Of a stretch of 64,000 nt of DNA, positions 13,671 through 26,551 are shown one piece after another (the first letter of the stretch is position 1; the number at the start of each line of letters is the position of its first letter). The translations under genes were made by a program, and so were the position numbers. Source of the DNA: Eledone cirrhosa (lineage: Eukaryota). The notes under the pieces are model-generated. The model made no database searches. It was not told the origin of the DNA and saw only the letters and a list, made by a program, of their open reading frames with translations. The stretch is taken from positions 8,742,001 to 8,806,000 of the forward strand of contig OZ024746.1 in NCBI GenBank assembly GCA_964016885.1, in the 5' to 3' direction.

Positions 13671-14137
13671 TTAATAAGTTATTTTAATAAATATTTGCTC
13701 TACGGTTCATATATATTTGATATATATTTATCCTTATCGAGCCCTCTTTGGATTTTAGTCTTCAAATTTATTATTATTACTATATATCTATTTATTAAAA
13801 TAATAGATTAAAGTTTAAGCAAAGAATCGCTGCTCTAAAATAAAGTACCAGTAATGTACTGGGATAATTGCCGGCCTTGTGCCCAAAGTAGAAACCCTTA
13901 TATTACATGTGTAAAGTCCCACCTATGTGTATTTAGTTTGCGGTACTCCTGATCCGCTGACTTTCAGCTGTATTGTATGTAAAACTATATATGATGCGAC
14001 ATTTTGGATGGTGATCGTGTTGTAGATGATATGTTTGTCACACTGTTTCTATGTGATTTCATAGATATATGTTGTGTTATGTGAGTTGTATTATTTTATA
14101 TGGTGGTAACATTTGGGTTGGTCTGTAAAACTGTGTA

Positions 14138-14300
14138 AGGCGGCGAATTGGCAGAGTCGTTAGATGGTCCGATAGAATGTTTTCTGATATTTGGTTCGGC
14201 TCTCTGCTTTCTCAGTTCAAATCTCACCTAGGTCAACTTTACCTTTCATCCTTTCGAGGTTGATAAAAAAAAGTACCAGTCTAATACTAAGGTTGATTCT
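14138..14300 (+). mobile_element. Diverged SINE (Meta-domain family)
   Basis: aggcggcgaattggcagagtcgttag...gttcaaatct...cctttcatcctttcgaggttgataaa...gtaccagt. Confidence 0.8.
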
Positions 14301-14628
14301 TCCTCTATATCTCTTTCTCACTTCTTCGCTCTCCCTTTCTATCCTTCTCTGGAAGAAATCAGCTGTACTCAAGCCTGAGGATTATTATATTATGGGACTT
14401 TCTCTACATATCTACCCACTAGACTCACACAATTTTATCCGTCCAACCATAACTTGTCAGCAACAAAAAATATACATTATCGTCAGTAGCGTGCGTTCAT
14501 TTCATATTTGAGATTTTCGTTCATAAAATGACAAGGTCGATATTTAATTATCAATGAGTCGAAGTAAACGTAACTGACATAGATCAAAATGGAAAGGATA
14601 AGACAGATATTTTCAAATAACGAATAAG

Positions 14629-14629
<1 letters not shown>

Positions 14630-14724
<95 letters not shown>
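14630..14724. repeat. (TATC)n microsatellite
   Basis: Direct reading. Confidence 0.97.
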
Positions 14725-14726
<2 letters not shown>

Positions 14727-15196
14727 GGCGGTTTTCCTCTGTACAGTGGCTATGGTGAAAGAAGTTATATGGTGGACGAGATTGAGAGAACTGAGGACAG
14801 ATGGCTTTCTCTCCGGACAACAATTGATTCCCTTCTTTAAGTATCACTTTAGAAGGAGAATCAGGGTGGAGAGAGAGGCACTGTACCCCAGTAAATTTAC
14901 TGAAAGGTGGGTGAATGAAGCAAAAATGGCCCGAGTGATTGGGCCTTCTCTGTTTATAAGCCTGTAGGTTAATGAATAGAGCAAAAGGAAGAAAGGAGCA
15001 CTTGCACAACACGCTCCTGGAGTTGAGGGTTGTTCTATCTACGGGGTATTAAACAACCCATTTGTGGCGCCTCCCCTCTATTGGGGATTTCGATTGTTGT
15101 AATTGTTTGTTTTATATTTTTTACACGACTGTATGTAAGATCCCCGGCATGTCTTTGTAATGTCCCCTTTTCTTGTGCGCCCTTGTGGAAAATAAA

Positions 15197-15200
<4 letters not shown>
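14725..15200 (+). mobile_element. 5'-truncated L1/Tx1-clade LINE 3' end (ORF2 C-terminus plus 3'UTR)
   Basis: VKEVIWWTRLRE...FFKYHFRRRIRVERE...FTERW resembles the Tx1 ORF2 C-terminus (K..IW..R motif). Ends gcccttgtggaaaataaagaaa before (CT)n. The same tail occurs at 35341-35391. Confidence 0.65.
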
Positions 15201-15284
<84 letters not shown>

Positions 15285-15448
15285 TTCTTTCTGCGTTTTT
15301 TTCTATTGTTCTTTCTATCATCTTAATGTTTCTTCCTCTCTCCTGTTATAGCTGTGCCTCTGTCACACTCTCTATAAATATGTCTGCATGTGAGCGTGTG
15401 CGGACGTAAGTGCGTATTTCCATGCGCGTGCCTATAAGGTAGAGTTAT

Positions 15449-15498
<50 letters not shown>

Positions 15499-15776
15499 TG
15501 TGAGAGAAAGAAAGAATGTAGTGGAGAGAATGTGAAAGTATGAAAAAATGAAGGCAAGGAGGAGGAGGAGAGATAGAGTAACGTGCTATCAGCTGTAAAT
15601 ATCAACTTTAGGACGAATTGAGAGATAAACAAGAAATCCTCCATCACTGACAACACAATCACTGGCTAACTTAAAGTACAGCAACCTATAGAGCTACGTG
15701 CTTAGTTTTAAAGAGCCATCTCATCTAATCTACGTGTCACATGAACTAAGAGTAGGAAGAGAGGGAAAGGAAACCT

Positions 15777-16050
<274 letters not shown>

Positions 16051-16263
16051 TATCAAGGGCTTGCAGCATGAGAATCTTGTTGACTAGCTTCACATAATAA
16101 AGTAGTTCTATAAAATTGAAGATCGATGCAAAGCTTCAACGCAAATTGATGTTATAGAATATAACTTAGCCACATAATATAATATAATAAATTTAGTGTG
16201 AAGCTATTTCTATGTTCTCCAAACACTTAAATTGCTACAGAAATATATAGAGCTGAATATGAT

Positions 16264-16454
16264 TATAATTGTTTCTACTTTTGGCACAAGACCAGTAATT
16301 ACCCAGTACATTACTGGTACTTTATTTTATCGATCTCGTAAGGATGAAAGGCAAAGTTAACCTCGGCGGAATTTGAACTCAGATCATAAAGGGATGTAAT
16401 TCTATGCTTCAAAGCATGGTGTCCGACTCTCTACCGATACTGCCAATCCACCGC
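16264..16454 (-). mobile_element. SINE (Meta-domain family)
   Basis: Full tRNA head, core and tail, as at 858-1043. Confidence 0.9.
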
Positions 16455-16568
16455 ATATTTTATTGAGGGAGGTTGCATGTACACAATACTACATCAAATA
16501 GAGTTAGCAGTCCTGTATAGAGAACTACAACCGTTCAATGAATGGTCGTTGTTATTATAACGATAACA

Positions 16569-16772
16569 GGGCGGTGGATTGGTAGTATCGGTAGAGGATC
16601 GGACGCCATGCTTTGACGCATAGAGTTACGGCCCTTTATTATTTGAGTTCAAATCCCGCCGAGGTTAACTTTGCCTTTCATCCTTACGAGGTAGATAAAA
16701 TAAAGTACCAGTCACACACTGGAGTCGATTTAATCGCTTTCCCTCTCCCCCAAAATTGCTGGCCTTGTGCCT
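16569..16772 (+). mobile_element. SINE (Meta-domain family), long variant
   Basis: gggcggtggattggtagtatcggtagag...gttcaaatcccgccgagg...gtcgatttaatcg...ggccttgtgcc. Confidence 0.9.
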
Positions 16773-17174
16773 ACCCCACCGGCTCGAGCTGGGAAGGGAA
16801 GCCTGCAGCATCCAAGCCATATTTGTACAAAGCTTTGTACATGGGTACAAAGCTATTGAATGTACAAAGTACATCTGAGGTTGGAATAAATACCAGTGGA
16901 TGAAGTAAGTAGAGAGCGCCTGTAATACGGTAGGAAGGCGATGTCCCACTCAATATAGCCAAAGTCCAATAACTGAAACCAGTATTAAAATCATAAGATG
17001 CATTTGAGGAACTTTACATATAGTCGTAAATTCTGCTAGAAATAATAGCCAAATCTCTCTCCAATCAAAGGTTCACTTCTAAAGCATGTGGTCCCAGGTT
17101 CATTCCCTCTGCATGGCACACCTTGTTAGTGAAATGTGGTAGATGGGTCTCTCTGTGGAAGCCTTTTGTGTGTA

Positions 17175-17420
17175 AAATAAAGTACCAGTCACACACTGGA
17201 GTCGATTTAATCGCTCCCCCCCCCAAATTGATGGCCTTGTGCCTGTATAAGAAACCATTATTATGATGATAAGGCAAAGTTATTGGAACGTCGGAAAGAA
17301 TAGATTGCCGTATTGGTTTCGGTTCTCTACTCTCTAAGTTCAAAACCAGCCAATGTCAACTTTACTTTTCATCCATTCGAGGTCTTTAAAGAAGTACCAG
17401 TCATGTACTGGGGTCGATTC
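17175..17420 (+). mobile_element. SINE 3' fragment followed by a diverged SINE
   Basis: aaataaagtaccagt...ggccttgtgcc, then gttcaaaacc...ttttcatccattcgaggtc. Confidence 0.7.
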
Positions 17421-17523
17421 TTCCTCTATATCTCTTTCTTACTTCCATTCTCTCACTTTCTGTCTTTCTCTGGAAGAAATCTGCTGTACTCAGACCTGGT
17501 CTCATCGCGATTGCACATATATA

Positions 17524-17675
17524 TAGGAAAAGGGTCAGGACCCCGACGGCTGAGCTCCGGCCGTTTCGACAGCTATTTCTTATATGACCCCGACGGCTGA
17601 GCTCCGGCCGTTTCGACAGCTATTTCTTACATGACCCCGACGGCTGAGCTCCGGCCGTTTCGACAGCTATTTCTT
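17524..17675 (-). repeat. 3 x 47-bp tandem of a hammerhead 3' half (family A)
   Basis: Units start at 17539, 17586 and 17633. Minus strand reads GAAAC-GGC(cggagctca)GCC-GTC-gggg. Confidence 0.75.
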
Positions 17676-17787
17676 ATATATATATTTGAAAAAGGGAAAA
17701 GAATGACTTCACTTAGTTCTAAGCAATCTAATTTTATAATATAATTTTTACAATTTGGTTTTGGAGATCTAGTATTTCACATATTTA

Positions 17788-17845
<58 letters not shown>

Positions 17846-18259
17846 ATTATCAATCTTTATAAATTCCTAATTATACGCATATCCATTCATACACCCATCT
17901 ATTGATAGAATCTCTTGAAAATTTGATTTTATACTTAAAATAGAAAACCTGAGTACGTCTTTAGTGTAGCTCGTATCTTGTCTTATTGATTTCCTAGTTG
18001 TGAGGTGGAGATAACGCGTGTGCAGATAATGCATGAGTTAAAAATTTGTTAGAAACATTTAGTTAAAATTAGGTGGAAATGAATTAGATAACTATCTAAT
18101 GCGGAAGCTTCATGCAATTAATTATACATTTTATATTTATTTATTGGGTGTATGGTGTTGTTAGTGATTGATACTAATTTCTCACACACATAAGTACAAG
18201 GTCAGGAGTTTTTCAGCTATCAATATCTGACACATGAACATTCTTTCGTTTTGGTGGGT

Positions 18260-18527
18260 TTACGGCACCATATAAGTGTTTTGTGGCCTCCCCACAGCCC
18301 CGGCGGACAGAATAGAGAAGGCGTTTCCCCGGAGGACAGCAAGGGAGATGCGCTGGAAAAGCCATTCCAGCTCGCGAGGCTCACACTTGCAGCTGGCCAG
18401 CTCAGCGTCTATGGTGGTGAGTAGGGAGGTAGCCCTAGGGCAAGGGACAACAGAAGTCTCCACTGCCAAGGGTACAACCGCAAACCTGTCGGAGAGCGAC
18501 CGGTATTTGAAGAGTTTCGAATTTTGG
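18260..18527 (-). mobile_element. CRE-clade (restriction-like endonuclease) non-LTR retrotransposon 3' fragment
   Basis: Open frame KLFKYRSLSDRFAVVPLAVETS...EPRELEWLFQRISLAVLRGNAFSIL matches the K..KY..L...PLAVET...QRIS.A..RGNA RLE C-terminal motif. GC-rich island. Confidence 0.8.
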
Positions 18528-18759
18528 TAGTGTGAACAGTGACATAAATTGACTTCAGTACTTGGTTAGTATTGTACCAGTGTTTCTTCTTTCTTTCAAC
18601 CCTCAAATAGTAATGGAGGATGAGTGTAGCCGTCGTGGTATATGGATTGTCTTATATTAAGACTTGTTACGCTTGGCTAAACAGTAAAAAAAAAAATACA
18701 AGAAGATGCTCACTTTTGGGTCTGCTCGATGAAAGATGTGTCAGATGATGTAGGCCTGG

Positions 18760-19052
18760 TCAACAACAATACCAACAACAACAACAACCTCAGTAACAAC
18801 AACAACAACAGCCACAACATCAGTAACTATACAACATCAGTAACTATAACAACAACAATGCCAACAACAACATCGGTAACAACAACAACAACAACAGCAT
18901 TAGAAACAACAGCAACACAACATCAGTGACAACAACAAAAATAATAACACCAACACAAACAACAACAACAACAACAACAGAAACAACAGTAACAACAACA
19001 GTAACAACAACAGTAACAACAACAGTAACAACAACAGTAACAACAACAGAAA
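18760..19052. repeat. Imperfect (CAA)n/(ACAACAACAGTA)n repeat
   Basis: Direct reading. Confidence 0.9.
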
Positions 19053-19104
19053 CTAGGGAGTAAGTAAGAAAGTCCCACAAAATACGGCGTCCTTCCACTG
19101 ATTA

Positions 19105-19288
19105 ATTAATTGTTTCTACTTTTGGCTCAAGGCCAGCAATTACCTAGTGCATTACTGGTACTTTATTTTCTCGACCCCGTAAGGATGAAAGGCAAAGTTA
19201 ACCACGGCGGGATTTGAACTCAGAATGGAAAGGGGCGTAACTCTATGCGTCAAAGCATGGCGTCCGACCCTCTACCGATACTGCCAAT
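19105..19288 (-). mobile_element. SINE (Meta-domain family)
   Basis: Core and tail as in the other copies. Confidence 0.9.
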
Positions 19289-19779
19289 TAATGAAAGTAT
19301 CTCTGTGTATGTCCCTCTAATTTTAATCTGTTTCCATTTCAAATCATTTATTTGATTTAATCATATATTGCTATTTCTTTCTTTATTGTTTATAAGGGTT
19401 TTGATGGAGGAGTGTGTATGTGTGGGAGAGAGAGGGTGGGGGGTGGGTGAGAGAGAGAGAGAGAATACAGACGTGATTTAAATATTGGATTAAACGTTGG
19501 TCATTCGAGTATGTGTGCGCATGTGTGAAAGTAGGGTGGAGTAATGAGAAATAGAGACGAAATAGAGATAAAATGGGAGAGACATTAGTTTAGCGGAAGA
19601 TATGGTTTGTGAGTAGGTGACTGTGTGACTGTGTGTGTGAGTGTGTGTGTGTATGTGTGTGTGTATATGTGAGAGAAAGAGAGAGTGAGAGAGAAATTGA
19701 GAGAGAGGCAGAGAGAGAGAGACAGAGACAGAGAGAGAGAGAAGCAGAGATCAAGCGATACACATAATGAAATGGAAAA

Positions 19780-20215
19780 CAGAGAAAGGCAGAGAGTTAA
19801 GGAGAAAGAAAGAGAAGGAGAGAGAGTTAAGGAGAGAGAAAGAGAAGGAGAGAGAGAGTTATAGAGAGAGAAAGAGTTTAGGAGAGAAAGAGAAGGAGAG
19901 AGAGAGTTATATAGAGAGAAAGTGTTTAGGAGAGAAAGAGAAGGAGAGAGAGTTAAGGAGAGAGAAAGAGAAGGAGAGAGAGTTAAGGAGAGAGAAAGAG
20001 TTTAGGAGAGAAAGAGAAGGAGAGAGAGTTATAGAGAGAGAAAGAGTTTAGGAGAGAAAGAGAAGGAGAGAGAGTTAAGGAGAGAGAAAGAGAAGGAGAG
20101 AGAGTTAAGGAGAGAGAAAGAGTTTAGGAGAGAAAGAGGAGAGACAGTTATAGAGAGAGAAAGAGTTAAGGAGAGAGAAAGAGTTTAGGAGAGAAAGAGA
20201 AGGAGAGAGAGTTAT
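19780..20215. repeat. GA-rich compound minisatellite
   Basis: Recurrent gagagttaaggagagagaaagagaagga and gagtttaggagagaaagag units. Confidence 0.9.
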
Positions 20216-20217
20216 AG

Positions 20218-20347
20218 CCCTGATGATTTCTTTTGAATAAATCAATTCTAGTCCCGTAGAAGCGATTTCTATATTAAACATGATGTTTACATTTTACTGT
20301 ATTGAGTACTTTACTAACTGTCGTTAGCCCCGAATGAACCCGGGACT
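20218..20347 (+). mobile_element. Degenerate HHR-bearing short element (family also at 23920-24056 and 48478-48573)
   Basis: cctgatgatttc...gaat...tctagtcccgtagaagcgatttctatattaaa...gaacccggga. The GAAAC is mutated. Confidence 0.55.
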
Positions 20348-20667
20348 CACATATCAATATCTGTGTGTATGTGTGTGTTATTGTGCTTGTGTATGTGTGT
20401 GTTTTTGTGCTTGTGTATGTGTGTATTTTTGTGCTTGTATATGTGTGTGTTTTTGTGCTTGTATATGTGTGTGCTCGCTTATATAGGTTTGTATCTTCAG
20501 TATGAAGATTTATTTACTATGATGAATCTTTACTTATATACATATTGATGGGTTTTCGCACACACATATTATATATATATATATATATATATATACATTA
20601 TGAAGAGAGAAGAAACATTTAGATATAATTAGTAATAAAATGTATCATACCTAAACTGCTCCTAGAT

Positions 20668-20757
20668 TCCTCGACTACGTAGTTTCGTGGCATAAACAAA
20701 AACAATACATCATAAAGATATAGAGTCCTTACGAGGTCTGCCGACTTATCAAGAGGA
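20668..20757 (-). ncRNA. Type I hammerhead ribozyme (U3-A8 core, extended domain II)
   Basis: Reverse complement of 21498-21587. Confidence 0.75.
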
Positions 20758-21497
20758 TACCTCATTTTACTAGTCTCAAGAACGCGTCTACACGACGTGA
20801 GAAAGAATCCCAAAAGGCGGAGGGGGAGATAGTCACGCGATATAACGGTCGAGAAACAGAGCTAAGCCTCTTATAACCCCGAAGAAAATACCACGGAGGC
20901 GGAGGGGGTATTTATATCGAAGCCGTAGAAGAGGTGGTGAAGGAGGTGAGAAGTATGAGTAATGGAAGCTTTCCAGCAGTCCCCACACCTCAAAGATTGC
21001 TCGACCAAAGGGAGTTATTAACAATATATTTAGAAACACACAGATACATGCGGACACACACATATACATGAATGCATCCGCACCCAACCGTGAGTTAAGG
21101 GTGCCAACTTCACCGATGTTGCTCAATGAATGACTGGGACAGACCAATCCGGTTGAACTAGACTGAACCAGTATCAGAGTTAAAAATACATTATGAAGAG
21201 AGAAGAAACATTTAGATATAATTAGTAATAAAATGTATCATACCTAAACTGCTCCTAGATTCCTCGACTACGTAGTTTCGTGGCATAAACAAAAACAATA
21301 CATCACAAAGATATAGAGTCCTTGCGAGGTCTTCCGACTATAAATACCCCCTCCGCCTCCGTGGTATTTTCTTCGGGGTTATAAGAGGCTTAGCTCTGTT
21401 TCTCGACCGTTATATCGCGTGACTATCTCCCCCTCCGCCTTTTGGGATTCTTTCTCACGTCGTGTAGACGCGTTCTTGAGACTAGTAAAATGAGGTA

Positions 21498-21587
21498 TCC
21501 TCTTGATAAGTCGGCAGACCTCGTAAGGACTCTATATCTTTATGATGTATTGTTTTTGTTTATGCCACGAAACTACGTAGTCGAGGA
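21498..21587 (+). ncRNA. Type I hammerhead ribozyme (U3-A8 core, extended domain II)
   Basis: tcctc-TTGATAA-gt(c)ggca...tgccac-GAAAC-tacgta-GTC-gagga. 5-bp stem I, G10.1-C11.1 pair, palindromic stem III actacgtagt, predicted cleavage after C21582. Confidence 0.78.
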
Positions 21588-22090
21588 ATCTAGGAGCAGT
21601 TTAGGTATGATACATTTTATTACTAATTATATCTAAATGTTTCTTCTCTCTTCATAATGTATTTTTAACTCTGATACTGGTTCAGTCTAGTTCAACCGGA
21701 TTGGTCTGTCCCAGTCATTCATTGAGCAACATCGGTGAAGTTGGCACCCTTAACTCACGGTTGGGTGCGGATGCATTCATGTATATGTGTGTGTCCGCAT
21801 GTATCTGTGTGTTTCTAAATATATTGTTAATAACTCCCTCTGGTCGAGCAATCTTTGAGGTGTGGGGACTGCTGGAAAGCTTCCATTACTCATACTTCTC
21901 GCCTCCTTCACCACCTCTTCTACGGCTTCGATATAAATACCCCCTCCGCCTCCGTGGTATTTTCTTCGGGGTTATAAGAGGCTTAGCTCTGTTTCTCGAC
22001 CGTTATATCGCGTGACTATCTCCCCCTCCGCCTTTTGGGATTCTTTCTCACGTCGTGTAGACGCGTTCTTGAGACTAGTAAAATGAGGTA

Positions 22091-22180
22091 TCCTCTTGAT
22101 AAGTCGGCAGACCTCGCAAGGACTCTATATCTTTATGATGTATTGTTTTTGTTTATGCCACGAAACTACGTAGTCGAGGA
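22091..22180 (+). ncRNA. Type I hammerhead ribozyme (U3-A8 core), next monomer
   Basis: Same motif 593 bp downstream of 21498. Confidence 0.78.
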
Positions 22181-22408
22181 ATCTAGGAGCAGTTTAGGTA
22201 TGATACATTTTATTACTAATTATATCTAAATGTTTCTTCTCTCTTCATAATGTATTTTTAACTCTGATACTGGTTCAGTCTAGTTCAACCGGATTGGTCT
22301 GTCCCAGTCATTCATTGAGCAACATCGGTGAAGTTGGCACCCTTAACTCACGGTTGGGTGCGGATGCATTTATGTATATGTGTGTGTCCGCATGTATCTG
22401 TGTGTTTC

Positions 22409-22454
<46 letters not shown>

Positions 22455-22463
<9 letters not shown>

Positions 22464-22612
22464 CGATACTTTGGGTAGTAGAGTGTGTAATAGGAAAAGG
22501 TTCAGGATCCCGACGGCAGAGCTCAAGCCGTTTCGACGGCTATTTCTGAACTCCAGAAATAGCCGTCGAAACGACTTGAGCTCTGCCGTCGAGGTCCTGA
22601 ACCTTTTCCTAT
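22455..22612. mobile_element. Family A palindromic cassette (two inverted HHR 3' halves)
   Basis: ataggaaaaggttcagga...gccgtttcgacggctatttctg / cagaaatagccgtcGAAACgacttgagctctgccGTCgagg...ttttcctat. Confidence 0.75.
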
Positions 22613-23492
22613 ACATATATATATATACATGTATGTATACTTACTTATATAATACATATATACATACATATGTGTCCCTGTGTCAGTGTCTGTATGTGGG
22701 TATTTGTGGGATGTAAATAAATGTTGGTTTGAAGATTCTTGCACAGAATAAGGATAATCTTTCTGAGGGAATATAAACAGGACACGTACTTTCATTGATC
22801 GTATTCAGCAACAAAGACAATAACAAACACATCAACTGTTACATACAACAAAGACAAAATCAGCAACAACAACACCAATAACAGAATTAACAAAAACAAC
22901 AACAGCAACAACAACATAATCAACAAAACAACAACAGCAACATAATCAACAAAACAACAACAACTACAACAAAATCAACAAAAACAACGACAGCAACAGC
23001 AACAAAATCAACAAAAACAATGACAACAATGATAATATTCATAATAATTGTGAATACCGTGAGCTGTACGTTCTGAGCGAAGAATGGCAGCGAGTGTAGA
23101 GTGGTGGTTAATACTAATTGGTGAACAGCGTTGAGAATGAAATTCTTTGTTTGAGAATACGTGTTAAGCAAGAGCCATTGACTGTATAACCCTAGAAATG
23201 TAGGATTTTCACTCTTGAGAATCATTGACATTGCCAACACTTTTACAATACACACACACACACACACACACAAACATATATATATATATATATATATATA
23301 TAAATGACTAAACTATATGCTATAACTGTGAATGGGGAGAATTTATTCTGTGATGTTGGTACAGAGAATAAATTACTGGAAGTCTTTTTGCAGTCGTTTG
23401 TTCGTCCCCGTCTCTTCATGTGTCTCAATTTGTTAGTATTTTCAATTCATGTTTAGCAAATTTATCTCGATATAAATCTTTCCTTTATGTAT

Positions 23493-23524
<32 letters not shown>

Positions 23525-23768
23525 GACACACATATAGATATAGAGAGATATAGAGAGAGCTAGAGAGATATAGACAAAGCTATAGATGTATATTGTTTTA
23601 CATTTATAAAGCAATGCGAGCTGACATAACCGGTGGACTTCAATCGGTTTTATGGTTACGGTCTTCAAGCAGAAGATATATTAAAGCAACTGCATTCTAA
23701 ATACAAATACATTCTTCTACATCTCTGTATCCGTGTTTTATATATTCTCGATATATTTGATATAATCT

Positions 23769-23915
<147 letters not shown>

Positions 23916-23919
23916 TTGT

Positions 23920-24115
23920 AGATCCTGAATTAAATCGGTGGTAACCTCAGTAAATAAGGTACTCAATACATGGGTAGAGTTAAAACATAAAGATTTAATA
24001 TAGAAATGGTTTCTACAGGACGAGATCTGTTTTATTCGTGTGAAATCATTAGGAAATGATGATTTGGTACAAATGAAACAGATTTACTGCTGTAGAAGCC
24101 ATTTCTGTATTATAT
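23920..24115 (-). mobile_element. HHR-bearing short element with partial inverted arm; HHR degenerate (24010-24056)
   Basis: Minus strand: tttc-CTAATGA-tttc(acac)gaat-AAAAC-AG(atctcgtc)CT-GTA-gaaa. Confidence 0.55.
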
Positions 24116-24412
24116 TTTGATGATGATGATATATATATATATGCAGAGGTTATATTTAATTTGTTGGGATTCAATAAGCTTAACAAATTTTTATAACTGA
24201 TATAAAGCACTCAACAGATTAGTGGGGTAAATACACAATATATTAATAAATGGAAACTATATTTATAAAACCATATTTATTTTATTATACATATTTCAAG
24301 GGCAACCAAGGCAAATTATGGTGCGCTTTCATCAGATAAAATACAGATTTGTTTTATAAATAAATATTGACATACCCGGAAAAAAAGACAACCTTAACGG
24401 TTGGAGCTTCCT

Positions 24413-24466
<54 letters not shown>

Positions 24467-24749
24467 TTAGTCAATTTGCTAGAAATAATACCTAGATCTT
24501 CTTTAGAAGGTTCCTTATTCAAATGTAGAAGGAGTGAGACGTTGGAAAAAACAGTGGCAGATGTCGAACGTCAGAACCAAAATAGGAACATCGATTAGTC
24601 ACGGCTGGTGTGTTTTTCATCGAAGCTGACTTGGTGATAAATAACAATTGAGAACAATAATAAATAAACATCAACAACAACAACAACGTGAACAGCACAT
24701 CATCAAGTACAGCACCTACAACGGCAACACGGTTAGTAAAGATAACAGT

Positions 24750-24797
24750 AAGAAGAAGAAGTTGAAGAAGAAGAAGAAGAAGAAGAAGAAGAAGAAG

Positions 24798-24828
<31 letters not shown>

Positions 24829-25171
24829 TGAAGAAGAAGTTGAAGAAGAAGTTGAAGAAGAAAAAGAAGTTGAAAAAGAAAAAGAAGAAGTTGGAGAAGA
24901 AAAAGAAGAAGAAGAAGAAGAAAAAGAAGAAGTTGAAGAAGAGGTTGAAGAAGAAAAAGAAGTTGAAGAAGAAAAAGAAGAAGTTGAGGAAGAAGAAGTT
25001 GAAGAAGAAAAAGAAGAAGTTGAAGAAGAAAAATAATTTGAAGAAGAAGTTGGAAAAGTTGAAGAAAAAAAGAAGTTGAAGAAGAAGAAGAAGAAGAAGA
25101 AGAAGTTGAAGAAGAAGAAGAAGAAGAAGAAGTTGAAGAAGTTGAAGAAGTTGAAGAAGAAGAAGAAGTTG

Positions 25172-25202
<31 letters not shown>

Positions 25203-25270
25203 TGAAGTTGAAGAAGAAGAAGAAGAAGAAGAAGAAGAAGAAGAAGAAGAAGAAGAAGAAGAAGAAGAAG

Positions 25271-25301
<31 letters not shown>

Positions 25302-25341
25302 TGAAGAAGAAGTTGAAGAAGAATAATAATAAGAAGAAGAA
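24750..25341. repeat. (AAG)n with interspersed TTG triplets
   Basis: Direct reading. Confidence 0.97.
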
Positions 25342-25745
25342 GTACAATATCAGCAATAACATTAGTTACAAAACACCAACACCCACTGTTAACTGCAATA
25401 ATATAATTTGTGTACTAAAAGCTCGTCAGTTCTCTACATTCAACTCTATTTCGGTGTTTAGTGGAAAGTTATTGCCTCTTTTTTCTTCCACTTTCACTCC
25501 CTCACTAACTCTCTTCCTCTATCTCCCCCCTCTCGCCTTCATGTTCTTCGTCTATCTTTCCATTTCAATACCTTTTTCACTTACGTTCAAACAAGGTATT
25601 TACTTGTGCACTTTCTAGAAACTACTTCTTATCAAATAGCTGCAATATTTATTGCTCTCGTGATGTTAGACATATGTTAGAGGATATCGTTAGGTTCGTG
25701 TGCTGTGGAAGTTGCAAAGTAGAAATAGCCAAACACACGCGCACG

Positions 25746-26551
<806 letters not shown>

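Larger units (their letters stand above)
12886..13836. mobile_element. Penelope-like non-autonomous cassette with inverted HHR-bearing ends and two internal ~137-bp direct repeats
   Basis: 12886-12967 is the reverse complement of ~13608-13690. Internal repeats at 13273-13399 and 13410-13540. The 3' tail (13685-13780) recurs inverted at 59738-59835. Confidence 0.7.
20593..22414. mobile_element. 593-bp tandem unit with one HHR per monomer (retrozyme or Penelope pLTR-like); ~1.26 units minus and ~1.8 units plus, head-to-head
   Basis: Period 593 (tacattatg at 20594/21187, tataaatacccc at 21339/21932). Inversion point at ~21339. Copies differ by a few substitutions. Both outer ends run into (TA)n. 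Confidence 0.9.

Noticed and set aside
17539-17675. CRISPR-like palindromic repeats
   Set aside because: No unique spacers, no cas genes and a eukaryotic context. Explained as tandem HHR halves.
21442-22229. 64-aa and 104-aa ORFs repeated in the 593-bp unit
   Set aside because: TTG starts and no recognisable motifs. Their conservation only reflects recent duplication.
24648-25618. Poly-K/poly-F/poly-S ORFs
   Set aside because: Translations of an (AAG)n microsatellite.
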